DNA from: Moraxellaceae bacterium AER2_44_116
GTDB taxonomy: Bacteria > Pseudomonadota > Gammaproteobacteria > Pseudomonadales > Moraxellaceae
Assembly (NCBI GenBank): GCA_006546595.1
Contig: VIAD01000009.1
Coordinates: forward strand, 56,495 to 88,494
Length of the DNA: 32,000 nt
Direction of reading: 5' to 3'
Part shown: piece by piece, positions 16,449 through 25,009 of the stretch
Numbering within the stretch: the stretch's first letter is position 1
Layout: each line of letters opens with the position of its first letter
Notes under the pieces: generated by a model
Databases searched by the model: none
What the model was told of the DNA's origin: nothing
Seen by the model: the letters and a program-made list of their open reading frames with translations, nothing else
Program-made: the position numbers and the translations under genes

Positions 16449-16617
16449 CCCTTCGACTATTCAACAAGCATCCCTTCGACCATTCGTCAGGCTCAGGGTG
16501 AACGGCTAATGTTTGATATTTCTCCGTTCATGGTGAGCTTGTCGAACCACGACAAGCATCCCTTCGACAAGCTCAGGGTGAACGGAGGCAATATTATCTA
16601 ACTCGGGGTGAACGGAG
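16449..16617. repeat. Composite array of REP-like units (family B) upstream of the GIY-YIG gene, reaching the hsdM stop codon
   Basis: It contains cccttcgactattc and cccttcgaccattcgtcaggctcagggtgaacgg, then the 48-nt hairpin unit at 16491-16538. This is followed by cccttcgacaagctcagggtgaacgg and ctcggggtgaacgg. Confidence 0.85.
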
Positions 16618-18081
16618 TTACTTAGCCAATGCCGCCGTCAACACCGACTTAATCGAGTCACGCAAAGTGGCTATGTCTTGCTGCATTTGCGCGTAATTGG
16701 CCAACAACACATCGGGGTCATGGCTTTCTTGCTCGCCCACATGAGGGTTTTTACAGTCTAGGTTGTAATTTCGAGCCTTAATATCATCAACACTCACCTT
16801 CCATGCAAACTCATGTTCAACCCGACTGGCAAAGCCATCGGCCTCACTGCCCCACCATGCTTGCTCGGTGGCAAATTCTTCAATACGCATCGGCTTAGTT
16901 TTGCTGTAGCTCTTATAACCTTCGGGATATTGATGCTCATAAAACCAAATATTAGTTGTGGGTGTGCCTTTGGTAAAAAACAAAATATTGGTTTTAATGC
17001 CCGTGTAAGGGTTAAACACGCCATTGGGTAAACGCACTATCGTATGCAAATTACATTCGGTTAATAGCTTTTCTTTTAAGCGTGACTTCATGCCCTCGCC
17101 AAACAAAAAGCCGTCAGGTAATACCACCGCCGCCCGTCCACCGTCTTTTAACAAGTGGATAATCAAGGTCATAAACAAATCGGCGGTTTCACGGGTTCTA
17201 AACGCTTGTGGAAAGTTATTTTCAATGCCGTCTTCTTCCATGCCACCAAACGGCGGGTTAGTCACAATCACATCCACACGTTCTTTAGGCGACCAACTTA
17301 TCATCGGACGCGCTAAGGTATTATCGTGTTTAATTTGATTAGGCACTTCAATGCCATGCAATATCATGTTGGTGGTGCAAAGTAAGTGCGGTAAAGGCTT
17401 TTTTTCTACGCCATAAATACTGGCTTGTAAGGCGCGTTCGTCATCGGCGGTTTTTACATAAGCTTTTCGTTTATGCTCGATGGTGCAGGTTAAAAAGCCA
17501 CCCGTACCACAGGCAGGGTCAAGCACCTTTTCAGTCAGTTTAGGGTCAAGCATTTGCACCATAAATTGCGTGACAGGACGCGGCGTATAAAACTCGCCAG
17601 CATTACCTGCATTTTGCAAATCTTTTAAAATTTGCTCGTACATATCACCAAACAAATGCCGTTCTTGCGCTTTGTTAAAGTCCACACCTTCTTGAATTTT
17701 GTTAATCACTTGACGAATTAACTGGCCTGACTTCATGTAGTTATAGGCATCTTCAAACACGCTTTTAATCACATAAGCGCGTTGGTCTGTACCTTTGGCA
17801 ATCAGGTTTTGCAAACTGGGGAATAAATCATTATCAATAAATTGCTTTAGCTCATCACCTGTCATGCCTTCGGCATTAGCTGCCCACGTACACCAGCGTA
17901 ACCGTTCTGGAATAGGTGATACATAATTGTCATCTAGCAATTCCCATTCTTGTTCTTTGTCGTCAAATATCTTTAAAAACAGTAACCATACCAACTGGCC
18001 AATACGTTGGGCATCACCATCGACACCTACGTCTTTACGCATAATATCTTGGATGGATTTAATGGTACTTGAGATGGACAT
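16618..18081 (-). CDS. hsdM: Type I restriction-modification N6-adenine DNA methyltransferase HsdM
   Basis: It has an N-terminal HsdM domain (RKDVGVDGDAQRIGQLVWLLFLKIFDD), an AdoMet motif (DPACGTGGFL) and the catalytic NPPFG. Confidence 0.95.
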   Translation of the reverse strand: MSISSTIKSIQDIMRKDVGVDGDAQRIGQLVWLLFLKIFDDKEQEWELLDDNYVSPIPERLRWCTWAANAEGMTGDELKQFIDNDLFPSLQNLIAKGTDQRAYVIKSVFEDAYNYMKSGQLIRQVINKIQEGVDFNKAQERHLFGDMYEQILKDLQNAGNAGEFYTPRPVTQFMVQMLDPKLTEKVLDPACGTGGFLTCTIEHKRKAYVKTADDERALQASIYGVEKKPLPHLLCTTNMILHGIEVPNQIKHDNTLARPMISWSPKERVDVIVTNPPFGGMEEDGIENNFPQAFRTRETADLFMTLIIHLLKDGGRAAVVLPDGFLFGEGMKSRLKEKLLTECNLHTIVRLPNGVFNPYTGIKTNILFFTKGTPTTNIWFYEHQYPEGYKSYSKTKPMRIEEFATEQAWWGSEADGFASRVEHEFAWKVSVDDIKARNYNLDCKNPHVGEQESHDPDVLLANYAQMQQDIATLRDSIKSVLTAALAK

Positions 18082-18102
18082 TCAACGACTCCTTAAAAAA
18101 AA

Positions 18103-18186
18103 CCCCTCACCCTAACCCTCTCCCAAAGGGAGAGGGAACAATAACGATGAAGCCCCCTCTCCTGTTAGGAGAGGGTTGGGGTGAGG
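18103..18186. repeat. Inverted doublet of REP-like family C units between hsdR and hsdM
   Basis: cctcaccctaaccctctcccaaagggagaggg (left) is paired with the reverse-oriented ccccctctcctgttaggagagggttggggtgagg (right). The outer arms cctcaccctaaccctctcc / ggagagggttggggtgagg are complementary apart from one G-T wobble. Confidence 0.85.
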
Positions 18187-18188
18187 TT

Positions 18189-20552
18189 TTACGCATAAAG
18201 CTGTTGTTCTAATTCAGCTAATGCGTGTAAATAGGCTTGTTTGCCACCAAAGGCTTTAACTAATTCGGCGGCTGTTCCCCATTGGCTAAACGGGGCAATT
18301 TGCAAAATTTTTATATCTTCAATCGGCTCTATGCCTGTGTCGGCATACTTTTCTAATAAAGCTTCTAGCACCTGCCGCGCTGCACCTTGATACTTGGTAA
18401 AGTAGTTACGCTTTTTAACGTTGTCGGCACGTTCTTTACGCGATAAAGGTGGCTGGTCAAAGACAATATGGCAAATTAAATCAAAGGGGTCTAAGGGCTT
18501 GCCCAGTTTCTTTTCGACTTCATATTGCAAATGCACCCACAACACGCCCTGTTGTTCTAATTCGGCAATAATGGCGGCTTTGCGGTCGCTACTTGTCCAT
18601 TTGTTTAAAAAGGCTTGTAGGGTGCTGTAATTTTTTTGCACCGTTTGCCGCGTGTAATCATCCAACGACTCGGTGATGAGTTTGCCGTCTGCCCCGTAAT
18701 ACTGAACCCGTTCGGCAATTACCGTGACCGTGACATTATTGACCACATATTTAGGCCGTGGCTCACCTACACCTTCGCCACCAACATCATCTCCAACAGG
18801 ATAATCTTCTGGATGATTGATACCACCCTCACCGCCACCGCCTTCTATATCATCGGGTGGAACGGGCGTTTGCTCACCTGTAGGCTCATACACTTGTACA
18901 GGGTCGCCATCAAAGGCAGGGTCAGCAAAGAGTTTGGTCGCATTTTTAAAATCCATAATGCTAAACCAATACTTGTTAAAGTCTTCGTTAATGCGCGTAC
19001 CACGGCCAATAATTTGCTTAAACTCAGTCATGGATTGAATATGTTGATCTAAGACAATTAACTTACAGGTTTGGGCATCAACACCCGTGGTCATTAACTT
19101 ACTAGTGGTGGCAATGACAGGATAACGTGACTCAGGATTAATAAAGTTATCTAGCTCGGCTTTGCCCTCGTTATCATCACCCGTAATTTTCATCACATAC
19201 TTACGATTTTCTTTAATGCGCGGACTGATATTAGTAATGGCTTGGCGCATCCGTTCGGCATGGTCAATATTGTCACAAAAGATAATCGTTTTTTGATAAG
19301 GGTCGGTGGCTTCTAAAAACTCGATAACTTTTTTAGCGACTAATTGCGTACGCGGTTCAATCACTAGGCTACGGTCAAAATCTTTTTGGTTAAAAATCCG
19401 ATCTTCTATTAACTGGCCATGCTTATCAGTTTGGCCTTGTGTGGGTCGCCAACCTTGTAAGTCTTTATCAAAATCTATGCGAATGACTTTATAAGGGGCT
19501 AAAAAGCCATCATCAATCCCTTGCTTGAGTGAGTAGCTATAAACAGGCTCACCAAAATAATGAATATTTGAAATGTCAGCCGTTTCTTTGGGGGTAGCGG
19601 TTAAGCCGACATGGGTGGCACTACTAAAATAATCTAAAATTGACCGCCACGCTGAATCCTCGGCGGCACTGCCTCGATGACACTCATCAATCACAATCAA
19701 ATCAAAAAAATCAGGCGTAAATTGCTTGTAAATATTTTGTTGTTCTTCACTGCCTGTAATCGCTTGGTATAACGATAAATAAATCTCAAACGACTTGTTA
19801 ATTTGTCGCTTGCTGATTTTGCTCATGGCTTGGCCAAAGGGCTTAAAGTCATTATTTTTGGTTTGGTCAACCAAGATATTACGATCTGCTAAAAACAGAA
19901 TCCGCTTCTTTTGTTTAGACTTCCACAACCGCCAAATAATCTGAAAGGCGGTATAGGTTTTACCTGTTCCTGTGGCCATCACCAACAAAATACGCTGTTG
20001 ACCTTTAACCACGGCCTCTACAGTGCTGTTAATGGCATTGATTTGATAATAACGCGGTGAACGCCCTAAGCCATCATCATAATAAGGTGCAGACACCAAC
20101 ACCGATTGCTCAACAGATAACTCTCGCCATTGGCAATAACGCCGCCAAAGCTCATCGGGCGAGGGAAACTCATTTAAACTTAACTCGACTTCAGGCTGTG
20201 ATGCCTGACCTGTACGATCGTGAAATAAAAAGCCATCACCATTGCTGCTAAACACAAACTGCACGTTCAAGGCTTCGGCATAACCTAAAGCTTGCTGCAT
20301 CCCTGCCCCTAAGCTGTGATTGTTGTCTTTGGCTTCAATAATGGCGATGGGGATATTTTTTTGATGATAAAGAATGTAGTCAGCGCGGCGAGTATTACCA
20401 CGGGAATGTAAGTTACCACGAACGATGACTCGTCCTGCGGTAAACGTCACTTCTTCCCGTACTTGGGTTTGAATGTCCCAACCCGCTTGCACAATGGCAG
20501 GGTTGATAAACTTGGTACAAATATCACGTTCGGTTAATTGTTTTTTGTCCAT
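18189..20552 (-). CDS. hsdR: Type I restriction endonuclease R subunit HsdR (SF2 helicase/nuclease, EcoEI-like C-terminal domain)
   Basis: It has an N-terminal PD-(D/E)xK region (IEAKD), helicase motifs ([25 protein letters not shown]), a Gly/Asp-rich linker and a C-terminal helical domain. Size is 787 aa. Confidence 0.95.
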   Translation of the reverse strand: MDKKQLTERDICTKFINPAIVQAGWDIQTQVREEVTFTAGRVIVRGNLHSRGNTRRADYILYHQKNIPIAIIEAKDNNHSLGAGMQQALGYAEALNVQFVFSSNGDGFLFHDRTGQASQPEVELSLNEFPSPDELWRRYCQWRELSVEQSVLVSAPYYDDGLGRSPRYYQINAINSTVEAVVKGQQRILLVMATGTGKTYTAFQIIWRLWKSKQKKRILFLADRNILVDQTKNNDFKPFGQAMSKISKRQINKSFEIYLSLYQAITGSEEQQNIYKQFTPDFFDLIVIDECHRGSAAEDSAWRSILDYFSSATHVGLTATPKETADISNIHYFGEPVYSYSLKQGIDDGFLAPYKVIRIDFDKDLQGWRPTQGQTDKHGQLIEDRIFNQKDFDRSLVIEPRTQLVAKKVIEFLEATDPYQKTIIFCDNIDHAERMRQAITNISPRIKENRKYVMKITGDDNEGKAELDNFINPESRYPVIATTSKLMTTGVDAQTCKLIVLDQHIQSMTEFKQIIGRGTRINEDFNKYWFSIMDFKNATKLFADPAFDGDPVQVYEPTGEQTPVPPDDIEGGGGEGGINHPEDYPVGDDVGGEGVGEPRPKYVVNNVTVTVIAERVQYYGADGKLITESLDDYTRQTVQKNYSTLQAFLNKWTSSDRKAAIIAELEQQGVLWVHLQYEVEKKLGKPLDPFDLICHIVFDQPPLSRKERADNVKKRNYFTKYQGAARQVLEALLEKYADTGIEPIEDIKILQIAPFSQWGTAAELVKAFGGKQAYLHALAELEQQLYA

Positions 20553-20744
20553 GTTATTCTTCTAAAAAATTAGAGATTTTTGCTGTCATTAGCATTTTAA
20601 ACATTACATGTCCTATATGTTAAACAGGGCATCAAAGACCAACTTACTAGACAAACTCACCCACGCTATCAACTGCGCTTTTATTACCCACAAAAACTTA
20701 GCTTTTCTTGAGCTAGGTGACACGCTCAGACCTGTGACACAGAA

Positions 20745-20771
20745 ACAAAAAAGCCGCTAATATAAGCGGCT
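20745..20771 (-). terminator. Rho-independent terminator downstream of tRNA-Val
   Basis: On the minus strand the stem agccgct/agcggct (20752-20758 / 20765-20771) with a 6-nt loop is followed by a TTTTTT run. Confidence 0.7.
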
Positions 20772-20788
20772 GATTTATAACGAATTTT

Positions 20789-20865
20789 TGGTAGACGTAA
20801 CTGGACTCGAACCAGCGACCCCCACCATGTCAAGGTGGTGCTCTAACCAACTGAGCTATACGTCT
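20789..20865 (-). tRNA. tRNA-Val (anticodon GAC), CCA encoded
   Basis: The reverse complement AGACGTATAGCTCAGTTGGTTAGAGCACCACCTTGACATGGTGGGGGTCGCTGGTTCGAGTCCAGTTACGTCTACCA folds as a cloverleaf. The anticodon arm is CCACC-TTGACAT-GGTGG. It is very similar to E. coli tRNA-Val(GAC). Confidence 0.95.
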
Positions 20866-20877
20866 AAAGAGGCGGAA

Positions 20878-20906
20878 ATTATATATACCCCCACCTCAGG
20901 ATGCAA
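20878..20906 (-). promoter_or_regulatory. Predicted sigma70 promoter of tRNA-Val
   Basis: On the minus strand: TTGCAT (20906-20901), a 17-nt spacer, TATAAT (20883-20878), then a GC-rich discriminator (ttccgcc) just before the tRNA 5' end. Confidence 0.6.
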
Positions 20907-20912
20907 GTTTTT

Positions 20913-22934
20913 TTACAGCTCTTTTGTTTTTTGCGGCTGATATCGTGGCCAACTGCGTAATAAACGCGCCATTTTTCTTATTTCCAGCACATCGTTGTGA
21001 GACTCTTGATAACGAACCGCGCTATAACTTTCTTGTAAGGATAGCAACGACTTATCCCATTGTGGTTGTTGCTGTTGAAGGCGTTGCAAATAAGCAATCA
21101 CGCCTTCTCCTTGCCGACGAGACAAGCCTCTTGCAGAAAGCTGTTTGGATAGCTTGACGATAATTTTATCCGCAGGATGAACTTTCTTGCGATCTTTGAG
21201 GATCGTCCAAGCTGCTAATAATGCAACAATAACAACTAAACTCCCAAACAGTACCGCTAAACGCTTCCATAATTGCGTATCGCCCAAGAGTTTCAGTAAA
21301 AACGCCTCTTGATTTCCTGCATCATAGCCGAGTACATCACGCTGCCAACGGTAGTTCATATAATCCGCAATATTACGTAATTGGCCGAGTAATTTGTAAT
21401 TACCGTATTTCATAACGCTTAAAGCACTATCACCCCAAACATCCTGATTTTGCGCCATATCACTCATGCCATGCTCAATACGCTCAGGTGCAATAGCTCC
21501 CGTTGGATCTAATTTGACCCAACCCTTTTCTGGCAACCATGCCTCCACCCACGCATGGGCATCCATTTGTCGTACCTGCCAAGAGTCACCTGTCGGGCTT
21601 AACGCCCCTCCTTGATAACCAATCACTACATGTGCTGGAATACCCGCCGCACGCAATAAAAAGGTAAATGATGACGCGTAATGTTCACAAAATCCGCGCC
21701 GCGTTTCAAATAAAAACTCGTCAATACGGTTATTACCAAGGGGAGGAGGTTCTAAGGTGTAATAAAATTGACTCTTTGTAAACCAACGCAAAATTGCAGA
21801 AATATATTTGAAATCATTGCCATAAAAATCACGCCACTGGCGAGCCATTTGCCGAGCAGTTGTATTGCCAGTCTCAGGGAGTTGTAAATTATCTTGTCGC
21901 AACCAATCGGGCAGTTCAGCGTCTAAACTAACAGGCTCAAATTGTAAGGCGTTATAGGTCAAACGTTGGTAAACAGGAGTACTACTCATTAATCTAAAAT
22001 CACGCGTCAGTCCAATATCTTTATCATTAGAAAATGGCACATTTAACGCATAAAGCCATGTCTTATCTGTTGGTTCTAAAATAACTTTATATGTGAGAGG
22101 CGTTTTTTTACTCACTTTAATTTGTGTTTGCACCCACTTAGGTAATGGTTGTTGGCTCCAAGCGGTTAACGCGTAGTCATCCAACCATGAATGATTACTG
22201 ACACTCCATGTTTTGCCATCAAAGCGAGATAATGTTAAACCACGCCAATATAACTCTGACTTTGGAGGTATGTTGCCGTTCTCGAACTCTACTCGAAAAG
22301 CCAACTCACTGGACTGACTTAGTTTAGCTAAATCCCCTGGCGACATATTATCGGACATGCCCGTTTTCCCTGAGCCTTCTGTCATTTTTAATGTCCATAA
22401 CGGCGGCAAACGAGGAAAAAACACGAACAAAATCAACATTAATGGCAGTGCTTGACTTAACAAAATAAAAGCAGTTTTGGCGGCATGTTTAGATGATATT
22501 TGTTGATTGAAAGACACGTATGCGGCAGTGATAACAATTAATGCAAAGCCTGCATATATCGTCAGAAATAAACTTTTACTAAAGAGAAAAGATGTCGCCA
22601 GTACAAAAAAAGATAACGTAAGTAGTATGTATGAATCACGCTCATCGTTAGTTTCTATGAGTTTTAGCGCAACACAAAAAATAAGAAACGACACCCCTGC
22701 TTCTGGTCCAAAAAGAACATGATATGTATTTTTAAGACTGACAATGCCTGCCACTAATAACAGGGCTTTTATCAGACTATTGGCTAAAGGTAATCGTTGC
22801 TCTATCGCAGGCAATCGCCACAATAACATGACGCAGATAACACCATTTAACCACCACGGCAAACGTTCAAGATGGGGAATAAAAGCAAATACTAACGCCG
22901 CTAGTAACCAATAACGTGACATGACGTTGTTCAT
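20913..22934 (-). CDS. tgpA: Transglutaminase-like membrane protein, TgpA family (DUF3488 + transglutaminase core)
   Basis: It has a multi-TM N-terminus, a catalytic Cys motif GFCEHYASSF, downstream DAHAWVEAW and a C-terminal TM. It overlaps the upstream DUF58 gene by 4 nt. Confidence 0.85.
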   Translation of the reverse strand: MNNVMSRYWLLAALVFAFIPHLERLPWWLNGVICVMLLWRLPAIEQRLPLANSLIKALLLVAGIVSLKNTYHVLFGPEAGVSFLIFCVALKLIETNDERDSYILLTLSFFVLATSFLFSKSLFLTIYAGFALIVITAAYVSFNQQISSKHAAKTAFILLSQALPLMLILFVFFPRLPPLWTLKMTEGSGKTGMSDNMSPGDLAKLSQSSELAFRVEFENGNIPPKSELYWRGLTLSRFDGKTWSVSNHSWLDDYALTAWSQQPLPKWVQTQIKVSKKTPLTYKVILEPTDKTWLYALNVPFSNDKDIGLTRDFRLMSSTPVYQRLTYNALQFEPVSLDAELPDWLRQDNLQLPETGNTTARQMARQWRDFYGNDFKYISAILRWFTKSQFYYTLEPPPLGNNRIDEFLFETRRGFCEHYASSFTFLLRAAGIPAHVVIGYQGGALSPTGDSWQVRQMDAHAWVEAWLPEKGWVKLDPTGAIAPERIEHGMSDMAQNQDVWGDSALSVMKYGNYKLLGQLRNIADYMNYRWQRDVLGYDAGNQEAFLLKLLGDTQLWKRLAVLFGSLVVIVALLAAWTILKDRKKVHPADKIIVKLSKQLSARGLSRRQGEGVIAYLQRLQQQQPQWDKSLLSLQESYSAVRYQESHNDVLEIRKMARLLRSWPRYQPQKTKEL

Positions 22935-23902
22935 ACATCCACCTCAAACAAGGCTAATGCGGTTAAACACACTTCTTGATGATGATTTCCCGTTGCTACA
23001 GCAATCGTTTGATTGGGAAGTTTTAGCGCAAAGGGTTGTTGTTGCTGAGTTAATTTAACCACCCACCACGATAGCCGCGATAGGCGATTTTCTTTATCCA
23101 TACCTACGAAGGCTTGATAATCCAAAGCATTACTGCCCGTCACGGGTTCACTATAGGTTTTAACCAATAAACCTTGACCACGCGCTAAGTGTTTCCATGA
23201 AACATGTGCTAACGGGTCGCCTGCATTAAACGCTCTTAGCCCTTCAAAATCATCTATACCGTGTCGCCGTTGTTGACTGTATTCGGCATCATCGCTGTCG
23301 CCATCACCTGCGGGTAACACGTCAGAGGCAATTTGTTTGGGATAAATAATCGCCGTTAAATCTAAGTCTAGCCATGTCCATGCCCGTAATAAACCGAGGG
23401 GATAAATGGTGCTAATTTTTAATCGCGGCGGATGAAAAAGTCCTCGCTGCTGACTACGCAAATATAACGTCGCCTCACGAGAGCAATCTAAAAATGAGAT
23501 TTTTTCTGCTGCGCCATCCCAATCCAATTGCAAACTATAATAACGGCGATTATTGGGATTGGATAAGCGGATAGTAAAGCCGGCAACATCGCCAGCAAAC
23601 GCGGGCTGCGTACCAACGACGGTAATACGCAAACCTGATAAATTAGCAAAGGTATGATGAATGGTGACAACGAGCAAACTACCGAGAAAAAAGCATAAAC
23701 CCAATAGCAAATTATTGGCGTAATTAATGCCTGCAATAAATAATGACAACAATAACAGTGACATAAAGCCACCATAAGAAGTCAGAAAAATAAAGACACG
23801 GCGTTGATTCAAAACAATATCTTGCGTACGAGGAATACGCCGCTTGAGCCAACGCTGCCATCGGCTTCCGTAGAATGCCCTAATTCTTTGTGGGAAAGTC
23901 AT
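22931..23902 (-). CDS. DUF58 domain protein (vWA-like partner of MoxR)
   Basis: It sits between the MoxR ATPase and TgpA, has two N-terminal TM helices and is 323 aa. The call comes from this conserved operon architecture and from family recollection. Confidence 0.7.
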   Translation of the reverse strand: MTFPQRIRAFYGSRWQRWLKRRIPRTQDIVLNQRRVFIFLTSYGGFMSLLLLSLFIAGINYANNLLLGLCFFLGSLLVVTIHHTFANLSGLRITVVGTQPAFAGDVAGFTIRLSNPNNRRYYSLQLDWDGAAEKISFLDCSREATLYLRSQQRGLFHPPRLKISTIYPLGLLRAWTWLDLDLTAIIYPKQIASDVLPAGDGDSDDAEYSQQRRHGIDDFEGLRAFNAGDPLAHVSWKHLARGQGLLVKTYSEPVTGSNALDYQAFVGMDKENRLSRLSWWVVKLTQQQQPFALKLPNQTIAVATGNHHQEVCLTALALFEVDV

Positions 23903-23904
23903 AG

Positions 23905-24822
23905 TTATCCAATCACATCAACGGCATTTAATAATTGACTGGTGAGTGAGTGCATACGGCTTTGGTCTTCAATACTGCCACGTAAACGATGTTCGGCGAC
24001 CGATGGTAAAACCGCTTGTACATCTTCAGGTAGCGCATAGTTACGCCCTTCAATAAATGCCCATGCTTGGGTGGCGCGTTTCAGAGCCAATAAACCACGC
24101 GGCGATAAACCGTGGACAAAATCCCGACTTTGGCGAGTGTGCGTCACTAAACGCAGTAAATAATCCAATACCGCATCACTCAGATGCACTTTATCAATTT
24201 GCTGTTGCCACACGGTTAAACGGTCAGCATCGGCCAATGCTTGTAAAGTTCCTAAAATCACACGTCGATCTGTGCCTGTTAACAGTTCACGCTCGGCGCG
24301 TGGGTCAGGATAACCGAGCTGAATACGCATTAAAAAGCGGTCAAGTTGAGACTCAGGTAAAGGGAATGTACCCATTTGACTGCTAGGGTTTTGTGTCGCA
24401 ATGACAAAAAAAGGCTTAGGTAAGGGACGAGTCATACCATCAATAGTGACCTGCCCTTCTTCCATCGCTTCTAATAATGCGCTTTGTGTTTTTGGGCTCG
24501 TCCGATTAATTTCGTCAGCGAGTAATACTTGGGTAAAAATAGGTCCAGCACGAAAACTGAACTCTTGCTCGGCAGGATTAAAAATTGACACGCCAATAAT
24601 GTCGGCTGGCAACATGTCACTGGTAAATTGCAGACGTTGATAGCTCAAGCCAAGGGTACGTGCCAATGCTTCCGCTAAGGTTGTCTTACCCATACCCGGT
24701 AAGTCTTCGATGAGCAAATGACCTTTGGCCAAAAAACACGCGAGCGAAAGTTTAAGTTGTTGATTTTTACCTAAAATTACCGCGCCTAATGCAGTAATTA
24801 CAGGCTGTACGGCGGAGGTCAT
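23905..24822 (-). CDS. MoxR-family AAA+ ATPase
   Basis: It has Walker A (EDLPGMGKTTLA), Walker B (LLADEINR) and the typical ATQNP motif. ATG at 24822 has a gggaag SD; the track start at 24864 is GTG. Confidence 0.9.
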   Translation of the reverse strand: MTSAVQPVITALGAVILGKNQQLKLSLACFLAKGHLLIEDLPGMGKTTLAEALARTLGLSYQRLQFTSDMLPADIIGVSIFNPAEQEFSFRAGPIFTQVLLADEINRTSPKTQSALLEAMEEGQVTIDGMTRPLPKPFFVIATQNPSSQMGTFPLPESQLDRFLMRIQLGYPDPRAERELLTGTDRRVILGTLQALADADRLTVWQQQIDKVHLSDAVLDYLLRLVTHTRQSRDFVHGLSPRGLLALKRATQAWAFIEGRNYALPEDVQAVLPSVAEHRLRGSIEDQSRMHSLTSQLLNAVDVIG

Positions 24823-24936
24823 ACCAGCTTCCCTTATTGTTTTTACAGGTGCTAACCTTAACACTAGGCAGTTGACTGTGGGAATGTGATAAACAGTGAA
24901 TTTATTGTTGATTCGTTATTTTTATAGGGTGATGAG

Positions 24937-24971
24937 AAAAGGGGGCAAATGTTTTTTGCCCCTAGTTTTTT
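24937..24971 (-). terminator. Rho-independent (bidirectional) terminator after the methyltransferase gene
   Basis: The stem ggggcaaa/tttgcccc (24942-24949 / 24955-24962) has T-runs on both strands. Confidence 0.65.
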
Positions 24972-25009
24972 GATCTGAGACTTATCTGTTAAATCTCTGC
25001 CAGAGTACA

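Noticed and set aside
15982-16617. Possible CRISPR array, because of the many closely spaced repeats
   Set aside because: The units are heterogeneous palindromic modules in both orientations with irregular spacing, and a real gene sits in the middle. There are no uniform repeat-spacer periodicity and no cas genes.
23488-23775. 95-aa alternative-frame ORF inside the DUF58 gene
   Set aside because: It is on the same strand, entirely nested in the longer operon-coupled DUF58 ORF. It has a Cys/Tyr-rich improbable composition.
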